Shown here in pieces: positions 51,931 to 62,610 of a stretch of 64,000 bases of DNA. The translations under genes were made by a program, and so were the position numbers. Source of the stretch: Tubiluchus corallicola (Eukaryota > Animalia > Priapulida); NCBI GenBank assembly GCA_030141605.1, contig JAQGDQ010000001.1, forward strand, positions 1,302,001-1,366,000. The letters run 5' to 3'. The notes below the pieces were generated by a model. It worked only from the letters and a program-made list of their open reading frames with translations, ran no database searches and had not been told where the DNA came from. Position 1 is the stretch's first letter; each line of letters opens with the position of its first letter.

Positions 51931-53387
51931 TATTCAATCTTGTTGTATCGGGGAGGGAGTGTGGTGAAGCGACGAACTAGTCTTATTTCTAAGATAGTTT
52001 AATTTAAAGTGGCTGAACAATGAATGTGCTAGTACTGCTAATTAATGACGCCAAGAGCCCAAGAGCTATAAGTGATATTACTTAATACAGTACGCCTACT
52101 AGATGTACTCTTTTATTTTGGAAGTGTTTCTTTTATTGAGCGATTTATCTTGCAATTAAAGTAATAAATGACAATATTTTAACGATTTGTGTATTGCAAT
52201 GAACAGTATGCAGTACGTAGGCCTGCTCTCGCTTCCTACAAGCGTGCATGAACGTGAAAGATTAATGTCTTACTAATTTATAGCCCATAGCCTGTGAAAA
52301 CTGGTGAACACCATAAAATGTATGAACTGATAAACCACTGTTGTAAAAACAACATTTGTTGTCTTATAACTGGCTCAGATAAAAAATTATCAAAGAAGTC
52401 CCGTGTATTTTAGTCCATAGCAACGGCATTTGTTTGGCTTCTCTGAGAAATGTTCAAATGAGCTATATGAAAGACGAAAAGTTTTACTTTGACATCACTA
52501 CACAGAATATAACTTGTTTTAGAGAATCCAGGATATCAAAAGAATGGCCATTTCCGAATACCTTCGAATTCTTTTCAGCAAAATTTCCAACCTTTATTGA
52601 CCATTAAACTACCGGCACCTGGAAATTCATCTTCAACATACATCAATAACAATTTTCAAATTTTTCAGCGAAACAAAAACTAGAGTAAACAATAAAACGT
52701 ACGCAGATTGAAAAAGCTCTAAACAATAATGTGCTTGATTGGATCTTAGCTGGAAGGTTCTACAGAGGACATTAATTCATAATGGTATACATGATAATTA
52801 AAATTTGTTACGAACAATGCAATCCGCGTATCGATAGGAAAATCGTTATCCTTAATAATGTTTGTTTATGCAAGCACACAATTCACAAAGGATCTACTAA
52901 TGAAGCACCCCGAAAAGAAACCTTTACTAAGCATACCACTGGCGTCGGGGAAACGTGTTTATTTCCTTCACGCTGCAGAGACATTAAATTCGAACAACTG
53001 CTGAGTACGACAACTGAAGGATATAGGTAACAGTGAAACTTGTTAATGGCTTAAACTATTACATAAAAAGTAAAATAACGAAAGGAAAAATAGGCGGTAA
53101 AAAGACAAAAGTGCAAATTCAAAAAAGATAAAACCTGGTATTGTAGAGATAAGATTAAAATAAGGTAAAATTTAAAAAATGGAGAGCGGAATACGGTAAG
53201 TAAAAAATATAAAAATAAATTGCAAAAAGACAATTATAACCGAAAAGATAAATAAGAAAAAAATTAAAATGGAAAAACGTAAAAAGAACGAAAAAAAGAG
53301 AACAGAAGAAAGAAGGAAATAAAGGGAGAAAAAAGAAAAACGAAAGAATGAGTTAAAAAAGAAAGAAAGACGTGCTGGATAGTATCG

Positions 53388-53470
53388 GGAATTCGTGGCC
53401 TACTGGCTAAGGCATTTGACTTTTAACCCGAAGACAAAGTCGTGAAACTCATGTTCAAATGTTGGCCTGA
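53388..53470 (+). mobile_element. tRNA-derived SINE head or pseudo-tRNA (Lys-TTT-like loop)
   Basis: A-box-like TGGCCTACTGG, GACTTTTAA anticodon-like loop, B-box-like GTTCAAAT; the cloverleaf is incomplete. Confidence 0.4.
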
Positions 53471-54431
53471 ATTTTTCACCGAATAAATGACCTACTTTTC
53501 TAATGCGTGCACGATACTAAATTGCGTATAAATGACTATTTTTAAAAAACCTTTGAGGAACTGACTATTATAATACGTACACATAGAGCAATTTAGCCAT
53601 TAAAATGTTCAAATGAAAACACAGTAACACGCAATGATCAAATTATCGACTCAATAGTTACCCGCGCTGTGTTCGAGAACTTTGATTATCTAGTAAATTA
53701 TATTTTTGTACACACGTTTTCAGACTTACTGAGTGCAATCAATCGAAAACTATATGTGATTATTATATACACATCGGCAGCACCTGTAAGCCCCTATACC
53801 TGTCTCATTTTTACGAACTCTTGCTAGCAGACAACGGTTACAATATAAAATTTGTAAACAAATCACAAAATCACGAAAAATACGTGCACGTTTAGCAGCA
53901 GTTTGTTAATTGATCCAGAAAATATGTCACTGTTATATATTTCGAGAAACTACAAGAAATTGTTACGCAAGTCATTGCAAAAAACATTCATTCATTTCAC
54001 TCAAGATTTTCTCCGAAAGATTACACATTTTTGTCCTTCGACGAAATGCTTGGCGTCAATGAAAGAAAGTCAATTGAAGCACAAACTTGTTGTGAAATTA
54101 TAGCTTTTTAATTGTACTCAATGAAATTAGATTCCGATTCCGTATCATATAAAATTTATACATGATCAGTCTAAAAGACCAAACTAAGCAACAACAAAAG
54201 ATTTCCATTTCACCATCTATGATTGTACTGTGTTTCAGGGTCTCAATGACCACCTAAGCTATTGCGGCTCTCTGTAGAAAGCCACGACAGTCAACAAGTG
54301 GTATTGCAACCTATTGGATGTCCTCACTGATAGTCACACTGAAGATGAATTTTAAAAATACCAATTTGATTTACTTTTCTCCAAATTTATAACTTATTAT
54401 TTCTGTTGACAAGAGGAAAAACTGACTATAT

Positions 54432-54608
54432 CTTCCAGCGAAAAATGTTTCAGTCAATCAAATTCAACGAGCTACTTATCAAAGTGGCTACGTGTGGAAG
54501 CAAGTGATATCATTGCAGTGCCACCCAGATTTTCATTTCCGGTATGATGAGTTGGCTGAGCTCATCGAATCAACCACGACCATCGAAGGTAACTGTGTGT
54601 CAAGCTAA
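54432..54608 (+). mobile_element. Relic of an XPG/CXC-type DNA-transposon protein (AcademX-like)
   Basis: LPAKNVSVNQIQRATYQSGYVWKQ...GNC resembles the LPPT..L..H..RA.YQ...W motif that precedes the Cys-rich domain. Confidence 0.35.
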
Positions 54609-55374
54609 CAAATCTACTTTACGCATGCAAACCTAAAAAAGATGATCTGAAATTCGCTGGCATACACTAAGGAGAATGCGATTCTATGCCAAAGTCACTG
54701 GTAGCACGAATGCTTTTTCTTTTGGCAATGTGTTATTGTTCTGCTCCTAATTTCTGAGATGAGTCACTCAAATAGAAGTAATGTCTTAGTCATATTCTGA
54801 TGATTATACATTTTCTTTCAACGAAATAAATGTGACAGATGAAAGTGTCCGACAGTTTTTGACGTCCTCTCAATAATTTTCCGATCAGGTTTGACATTGC
54901 TCAAGCACTCCGTTGCTTTCCTCGTCCTGCTGACAATTGGTAAATTCTTTGCGTGAGTACTGGTCAGATGATATATTTATGCAAGGAGAAGAAAGAAATT
55001 TTTATGATGATATCAACGTAGGTTAAATTAGGATCATTTTAATGAATTCTCTTTCTGATTATTAATTACTCTTGTAGAGAAAAACCACAAATCAAACAGG
55101 TGGGCGTCTTGAACAAAGTACGAAATTCTCTCTGTGCTCTTCTGCTCTTTATTCATCTTCTAGCGTAATTATTCCCTGTCGGATATATCACTAACGACCT
55201 CACAGATGGGTAGAGGCGTTTAATTATTGTTTTATTAAATTCATTGATCCTGGAAGAATGTATGCGGATAAAACAGTAAGCAGCAAAATCTTTTTTCAGA
55301 CACATTGAAGAAAATTTAGGACCAATTCCCTCCGCGATCGGGGCGCTATTGACCTTAGATACAGTACATTTCAT

Positions 55375-56502
55375 TTAGTTATTTTCCCATTCCGTTGCTT
55401 CACTTATTTCAATAACATCAGGAACAGATGATTTTGAATGTTCCAGTGTTACTTCATTGCTATCTTTGATCCAAGTGATATTTCCGTCAGTTGTTCGAGG
55501 AACATTAGACGTCATTGTCGTTACTTCTGACATGTCGTTGTCCTTCTTCTTAAAGCACCTACACCAGGGCTTCGTCACTTTAATAAAAGCTTTTCTCATA
55601 TCTTTATTCTTCCAGGCGTATATAATCGGGTTAGCAAATGAACTTGAATAAAGCATTGCATACATGACATATCTAATCGATTTCGTGTTGTCTTCATAGA
55701 CTTCAAGGTTGATTAGAGGCATATAAACGTAGAACGGCAGCCAGCTCACAATAAACGCAAGAATAACGATGATGAAAACTTTCGCCAGTTTAAACTGTCT
55801 CTTGAAGTCGCTGGTGATATTCTGGGGAGATATGCGGCGAGTGTGAACCCAAGCAATGTGCATCAACCGTACATAAACAACAACCATGACTGTGACGTTG
55901 ACAAAGAAATGTATGCTAAGAAAGTATATTGCTCCTTTGCCTACGACCGATTCATATCCGCAACTACTTCCTGGAAACCAACGGTCATTTATTACAATAG
56001 AAAAGCTGATGACAAAAGTATAAAACCAACTAAAAAGTAGGATGATTTTTACCTTAGTTGGTGTTATAAGCTGTCTGTAGCGTAGTGGCCTGGTGATAGC
56101 TACGTACCTGTCCACAGTAACAAACAGTAAATTCACGTAAGAAATAATTGCTCCCATATTAGCGTAAAATTTGACAAAAAGGCAGACCTTCCTCTCCAAT
56201 CGCAGAAAGACCTGAGGAGGGAAACACAGTAGCATGTACGTTCCAAAGAAAAAATCACCAGCTGCTAGATTTCCCACAAACCAATGCGCCATTTCTTCAC
56301 GAAGTTTTTCTGTCCTCAGAACTGCCACGATCACAAGAGCGTTTGAGAACAAAACTACGATAGCTATGACCATTACGACGGACGTCATGATAGCGGCAAC
56401 CATGGGATGAACACCACCCAAGGTAATACTAGAAGAAGACTCATTCAGACTGAGCCCAGAAGTAGTGTTATTAGCCTTCGCAAAGAATTCTTCAATAGCC
56501 AT
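55375..56502 (-). CDS. Class A (rhodopsin-like) GPCR, non-aminergic, adenosine-receptor/GPR119-like orphan, single-exon CDS, 375 aa
   Basis: Seven hydrophobic segments; SN (TM1), LAAGD (TM2), C3.25, DRY, SWLP (TM6), NPIIY (TM7), helix 8 and CRC; N-glycosylation sequons in the N-terminus. Confidence 0.93.
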   Translation of the reverse strand: MAIEEFFAKANNTTSGLSLNESSSSITLGGVHPMVAAIMTSVVMVIAIVVLFSNALVIVAVLRTEKLREEMAHWFVGNLAAGDFFFGTYMLLCFPPQVFLRLERKVCLFVKFYANMGAIISYVNLLFVTVDRYVAITRPLRYRQLITPTKVKIILLFSWFYTFVISFSIVINDRWFPGSSCGYESVVGKGAIYFLSIHFFVNVTVMVVVYVRLMHIAWVHTRRISPQNITSDFKRQFKLAKVFIIVILAFIVSWLPFYVYMPLINLEVYEDNTKSIRYVMYAMLYSSSFANPIIYAWKNKDMRKAFIKVTKPWCRCFKKKDNDMSEVTTMTSNVPRTTDGNITWIKDSNEVTLEHSKSSVPDVIEISEATEWENN

Positions 56503-58714
56503 AAAAATATTTCTTTACTTTTCAGTTAATCTGTTTTCGGAAAATTTTGCCGCCAAAACTTGCTGCAGTTTATGCACAATTTTTTGCGCGGAATCCTGTC
56601 GTATTTGTCGCAAGTATTCTTTCATCCACAATTAAATGCTGTATATTTGTGCCATTAAAGAAATAACAAATAAAACTCTGTTAAGTGTTATCACTTTATA
56701 ATGCTGCTGTTCATAAAACTTGTCTCATATGCAACATAAAAATAATTTCTATGCCCAGCACGTAACCAAATATGTTTTCAACTTTTCAAGCAGCAGGTAG
56801 AAACACTAGTGGCCTGAAGAAAGATAAATCTGTTCCTCAGTTGAAAGAGCATGAATGCATGACGCAAAGAAAATCTTCATCTATCTATAATTTAATGTGA
56901 ACACAACGAGCCAGGTTTTTCGTTTATTTAGTCAACAAAGCACACAAATTAACCTGCTGGGCAAAGCCAAACTGCAAGTTATATTGTTAAATCAATAAGA
57001 ACCATTCTATCAGAAAGCGCATGTTCTTCGAGTTTTCTTCAGAGGAAATTCGTTCCAAAGTTCTTGCAATGATTTCAGAAAAATTATAAGAAATTGACCA
57101 TGAAATGAGTTTTGCTGAATTTAATTTTTCCCCAATTTCTATAGCGTTAGTAATCTTTAAAAGATAATTATATATTTGTTTGTGTTCTGAAGTCGCTTTT
57201 GAATTATGAAGATCAGTTGGAAAGTATATTATATAGTTTGATTAGGAAGGACTAATGCCAAATCCATTAAACCAGGTAATATGGTAAAATGGGTCAACGT
57301 TAGTTTTAGTAAAAGCCTGTCTGCAGCTCATTATCGGACACTAGCCTGTGCACGACATCAGCCCATTTGACATGCCACGATGTGTTCACTCTCAACTTCT
57401 TAAAAGTAACAGCATTTTTCTATGTATTGGTGCTTGATAGATAATTTCGAAGATACGAAATTTTCGCAAAGTGGGCGGCACAATTTAGGCTTACAACAAC
57501 ATCAATAACTAGTCTTTGTAGAAAAGTTTAATTAAGTGCGCTAGCTTAATATGCTAGTCACATTACTAGATGTCGAAGTTTTAGCTTTGTCAATACATCA
57601 AAAGTTGACTGTTAAAATTAAGAAGCCTACGTCCTTAAAAATAAAAGCCACAATTTTATCGACTTAACTATCCTCATTCGCTGCCACCTTTTACTGAAGT
57701 GTCTGTGAAGTGCTGAACGCGGTCTCATATAAGAAAATTCAAGAAATGCAAGTAGTTATCAAAAATGGATAACAACAAATTTTTCACTAATGTTCTACTT
57801 AAGGAAATTTGCATCATTTGAAAGCAGAAATTAACTTCTCTGAAGTAATAAGTGATTGATAAACCATTGCATTCCTTGAAATTTGAGGTCGGATAATCAT
57901 TGGTATCTGCTAAAGATGCAATGAGCGCAAAAATAAAACTACAGAATAATAAATAAAGTAAGGGGTGCTTCTTGCTCCTACGACCCCACAATAGATGATT
58001 CCCACGAATCGTGGGTTTTTGTTTTCGTTTTTTTCAAACCCCCAAAATATACATTACGACACAGTACAAAACTCGAGTGGTAAAAAATCCCTCGACTTAT
58101 GGGGCTTTGTTGTATTTTTAAATACTCGAAGTTTTGCCATTGTTTCCTGTCAGACTCAGTCATTTGCCAGAAATGAATAGACATGAATTTCGTTAAGTGT
58201 CGTCAATTTTAAATTCCAGCGCCGCTGCTATATGAAATCTGAATAACTATCTACAGCCGACTCAATTTTGTCGAGCCCTGAACCGCTGCCGTTTTATAGG
58301 GACCATGTTCATTTATGAAAAAACATACATATTTCCATATAAATGCATTCATACCAGCCTACCTGGTATCAGCATGGCCAAACTTGGGAAGCTATATCTC
58401 CTGAATCCCCTTTGGAATCCTCTTCAGAAATGTATATGGTACATCACCAAAACTTTGTCCTTGCGTTACGCAAGACTGAAACACCACTTATTAATGTGGC
58501 GGCAGTGGCAATAGTTCCCATCGTATTCAACGGTGTGCCACACAGCCGCCACCGCTGCAGGGCTGCCACGCTACGGTCCTTTTGCGCGTAGAGGTAGGTC
58601 AATATTGAGGAATTTTATTGTGGCAAACGCGCAGTAGTGGCGAACTGAAACACTTGTTATAGTGATAACCAATGTATTAACAATGTAGAGAAATTGCGTT
58701 GGCGAACTATACAC

Positions 58715-58796
58715 TAGTTGACGATACGTGATAGTGGGTAATCGTAGTAGTGGCGAATCTTAGTAGTGGTGAAACGTAATAGTAGCGAAGTGAAAC
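58715..58796. repeat. Degenerate 16-bp tandem array, about 5 units (consensus ~TAGTGGCGAAACGTAG)
   Basis: tagttgacgatacgtga / tagtgggtaatcgtag / tagtggcgaatcttag / tagtggtgaaacgtaa / tagtagcgaagtgaaa; more partial units at 58620-58710. Confidence 0.7.
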
Positions 58797-59052
58797 TTAT
58801 TAATTCACTACCGCATTGAATCACAATGTTTGCTCTACCATTAAAAATTTTCAGTGATGAACTTTGGAAGTGTGGTAGTTGCTAAATTGTGTAACTAAAA
58901 TTTTACTTATGTGTATGTAACATTTGAACCTAATATGCCCATATTAGGCATTAAGTAATTATCGTTACCTGAGTAAAACAATTAAATCCACATCGTTACT
59001 GCAACGAATCAGTCTAATTTGGCTGACAAATAACATAGTAACATATGAACAT

Positions 59053-59626
59053 TGTAACACTTCTTGCGCTCACGTGACATCCTGCATACAAGGCGAGGTC
59101 TCCTCCAGTACTTGGGTAGGACCGGTCCTTCCTCACGCACGTTGTGGTAATGCAGCAGAACGCGGTCTACGCAGCTTTCGCTCCAACTCGCCGGACACGT
59201 AGTAGAGTCTCTGGAGATCGGATAATGAGAAGATCATCTCCTCCGAGTTCCCACACAGAACGGAAGCGATTTAGATCATCGAACGTGAAGTCAAAGGTGA
59301 CAATATCTTTATCCAACGAGAAGGTGATTAGGCTATGTAACGAATGCCTAATTTAACAAATGTCTCTCAGCAGTTGCGTAACTGACGAGGTTTCACCAAC
59401 AGAACAGGAACAGCGTTCACCAATGAATAGGAAGAACATAGTAATGAACAAACCATCCATTTCTTGTTTAATCATCGTAAAAGAAACCATGATATAGTTA
59501 TATCTGAGCATTTTTCAACACGGCCATTCTACTCTCTCTCCGCCACGTAGACCAATACCGTTAAGATTAATACTTAAAGTGAAAAATAATTAGTTGCAGT
59601 AATCTGCTGGATGGGGGACCATCACA
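59053..59626 (-). repeat. 3' LTR (574 bp)
   Basis: Minus strand: purine-rich AGGGGACGG tract just upstream, LTR starts TGTGAT (59626) and ends TGTTACA (59053). The 5' LTR is not in the window, so the boundaries are inferred. Confidence 0.65.
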
Positions 59627-59930
59627 GAGCCGTCCCCTAAAGAATATTAAATATTTCAAGATCATGATTACGAAACTTAACATTTTTCACTGCCAAGATA
59701 AGATAACGTCATACATATACAATGACAAACATGAATAGAAGTGATGACTTTGTAGCTAACTAAGCTATTACATATTTGATCATTTGCTAACTAAGCAAAT
59801 TGATCATTACATCATACACCACGAATATATCATCAAACAAATATATGATATATAACACCAAAAAAAACTTGTTTAAGCATTGAAAAAGTACTACAACTTG
59901 TTGGGCATTTCATACTCTGATGCTTTATAT

Positions 59931-61945
59931 TTATTTCCGGCTTAAAGCATCAGCAACAAGGTTTTGAGCGCCAGCAATATGCTCAATTGTAAAGCAATAT
60001 TCTGAAAGAATGAGTGCCCAGTGACACAAACGTCTGTTATTCTTACGCATTTTTCTGAGCGCAAGCAAACTTCTCTGATCAGTGCGCAATGTAAACTGGC
60101 GGCCTTCTAAATAGTAATTTAACTTCTGCACGCAAAATACAACACTCAGAAGTTCACATTCAACTACAGAATATCTGACTTCGGTGGGTGTAAGCCTACG
60201 ACTGACATATGTGATAGGCACCTCTCCTAAGCCATCCATACGATCTTGGGTGAGTGCACCACCAATGCCCACAAAGCTGGCATCTGTAGTTAGGATAAAT
60301 GGTTTGGAATAATCAGGGGAATGTAGAACACTGTCAGAAGTCAAAGCATTCTGAAGGGTAAGAAAGCTCTTCTCACAAGCTTCTGACCAAGGTACTTGGG
60401 TGGGTGCATATTTTTCTGTTAAAGAATACAGAGGTGCAGCGATAGTGCTGAAGTTCTCGATAAAACGTCTGTAGAAGCCCACCATTCCTAGGAATCTACG
60501 TACTTGAGTTTTTGTTTGTGGCCGTGGAAAATCACATATTTGTTGTAGCTTCTTCTGTTGAGGACGTAGGCGGTTCTTGCCTATAATGTATCCAAGAAAA
60601 TTTGCCTCACGCAGAGCAAAATGGCACTTAAGTGGCTTAACAGTCAGGCCTGCCTTACGAATGCAAGTAAGCGTGCCATCTACATGTTCCAAGTGATGTG
60701 ACCAATCTCGCGACTTGATTAACACATCATCGATGTAACCTCGTGAAGAATCTCTTACGTTTTCTAAAACGCGGTCCATAAGTGACTGTGCAGTACTGGC
60801 AGCATTCAGTAAGCCGAAAGGCATGACGATGAACTCGAACTTACCAAAATCAGTTACAAAAGCTGATATGGGTTGTGATTCAGGGGCCAGTTCGATTTGC
60901 CAGTATGCCTTGGACAAATCAAGGGTCGATATCCAAGCGATGTTGTGAAGATCATCGATTATATCGTCCGGGCGAGGCATTGGATATGGGTTGAAAATTG
61001 TACGAGCATTTAACTGTCGGTAGTCAATCGTTGGTCGCCATTCACCATGCGGTTTTGGCACGAAGTGTAGAGGCGAGGCATACTCGGACTCTGATCGTCG
61101 TATTACCCCTAAATTTAGCATCTCTTGAAGTTCGCGCCAAACTATCTCTTTGCGGGATTGCGGCAGTCGATAGGGATGTAGCTTGACTGGTGTGGCATCC
61201 TTTAGGTGAATGTGGTGGCGAACTACAGTAGTGCGACCTGGTAAATCCGTAAACATTTCCGGATACTTGTTAAAAATAGCACGAAGTTCTGTGCGTTGTT
61301 GCTCTGATAGATCGTCTGATAAAGTGACATCATTTACTGACTGTGTGGCAATGGCCGTTGGCAAAAAAGCATAATCTGGAAGACCTCCAGGTTCCACTAT
61401 TCCTTTTCCGAGGTTTGTTATTGCCAAATCATACATGTCATCTTCCTCAACATCTTCATCAACGCCATATGCTAGAGCTTCACTCAAGCTTGTTCCATCA
61501 TCGTCCAAGCTCATTGCTAGAAGGATCAGGGACTCCTTTCTGTCCACATATTGCTTAAGCTTATTGATATGAACAATTCTAGTGTCCTTCCGTCTACCCT
61601 TCTTGCCAAAACAAACTTTATAAGTCCAATCGGATACTTTGTCTGTTATTTGATATGGGCCTCTCCATCCTGGTTGCATCTTTTTGCCTTTCCTCATCCT
61701 CTGAACCATCACTTTATCGCCAACCTCGAAACTTCTTTCTTTTGACACGCGATCATACCAGCGTTTCTGGGATAATTTGGCTTCCAGAAGCGATTTATGA
61801 GCGTCTTCTGTCGATGTCTCTAATGCATTAATAACTCGTGCAACGTACTCATCGACATCTTCAAGGCTTGGCGGTTTGGAACAACCCCATCGCTCTTTAA
61901 GCATGGTCAACGGACCACGTACTGGGTAGCCAAAGACAAGTTTAT
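59931..61945 (-). CDS. Integrase C-terminus (GPY), reverse transcriptase and RNase H portion of the polyprotein
   Basis: WRGPY, RPTIDYRQLN, LDLSKAYWQI, MPFGL, YIDD, FLGMVGFYRRFI, TDAS, NLVADALSR; separated from the integrase core by a 1-nt frameshift. Confidence 0.93.
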
Positions 61946-62610
61946 TTTGGGCTGTACCCTGTGGAATCCTGTGGAACTTCACGGTATGAGAAAAGCACAT
62001 AATCAATTGCGAGATCCCAGGGAAGAGACGAGTAATCTTGTGTTAGGCGTAAAATAGACTTCTTTAGCGTGTCATTATATTTTTCGACGAGTCCATTCGT
62101 TGAAGGTGAGTATGGACTAGTGAAAATGCCCTTGACACCGAGCTGATCCTCCAGCTCTTTCGTCAAGTTTGAAGTGAACTGGGTGCCACAGTCCGTTAAT
62201 ATTTGGCGAGGGATGCCGTATCTACAACAAAATTTCAGCAGTGCATTTAACACGGTGACAGTCTGTATATCTACTAGCGGATATGCGTCCGGATAACGTG
62301 TTGCATGGTCCACTATTACTAAAGCCCAACGATTACCAGAAGGTGTACGATCAAGCGGCCCAATTAAGTCCATCCCTATGGTACGAAATGCTGTGTCTAC
62401 AATAGGTAACGGTTTCAAAGGGGCTCTGTCGGCTCGGCGTGAACGCGCTGTTTTCTGGCACGTCAGACAGGAACGACAATATTCCCTTACGGAACGTTTA
62501 AGACGAGGCCATATATATTCTTGAAGAATTCTGTGAGTTGTCTTGTTTATGCCCAAGTGTCCGGCTAATTTACTTCCATGCGCAAGTTGTAAAACTTCCT
62601 TGCGGCGAAA
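61942..62610 (-). CDS. Integrase (zinc finger and rve core) portion of the polyprotein
   Basis: In frame after TAA at 62611-62613: AHGSKLAGH...CLTC, MDLIGP, TDCG-35aa-NGLVE. Confidence 0.9.
   Translation of the reverse strand, partial: FRRKEVLQLAHGSKLAGHLGINKTTHRILQEYIWPRLKRSVREYCRSCLTCQKTARSRRADRAPLKPLPIVDTAFRTIGMDLIGPLDRTPSGNRWALVIVDHATRYPDAYPLVDIQTVTVLNALLKFCCRYGIPRQILTDCGTQFTSNLTKELEDQLGVKGIFTSPYSPSTNGLVEKYNDTLKKSILRLTQDYSSLPWDLAIDYVLFSYREVPQDSTGYSPK

Noticed and set aside
49027-52420. One large Harbinger element bounded by TACACGG-like ends around the transposase relic
   Set aside because: The putative TIR match is too weak to support boundaries.
53240-53370. Purine-rich A/G tract
   Set aside because: Low-complexity sequence without periodicity or coding signal.
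53388-53470. Functional tRNA-Lys gene
   Set aside because: Acceptor and T stems do not pair and the spacing is too long; kept only as a SINE-like or pseudo-tRNA feature.
55004-55058. C-box (ATGATGA) and D-box (CTGA) pair suggesting a snoRNA
   Set aside because: Too short, no terminal stem, and not within a same-strand intron.
58620-58796. CRISPR-like repeat array
   Set aside because: Units are contiguous and degenerate without unique spacers; eukaryotic context and no cas genes.
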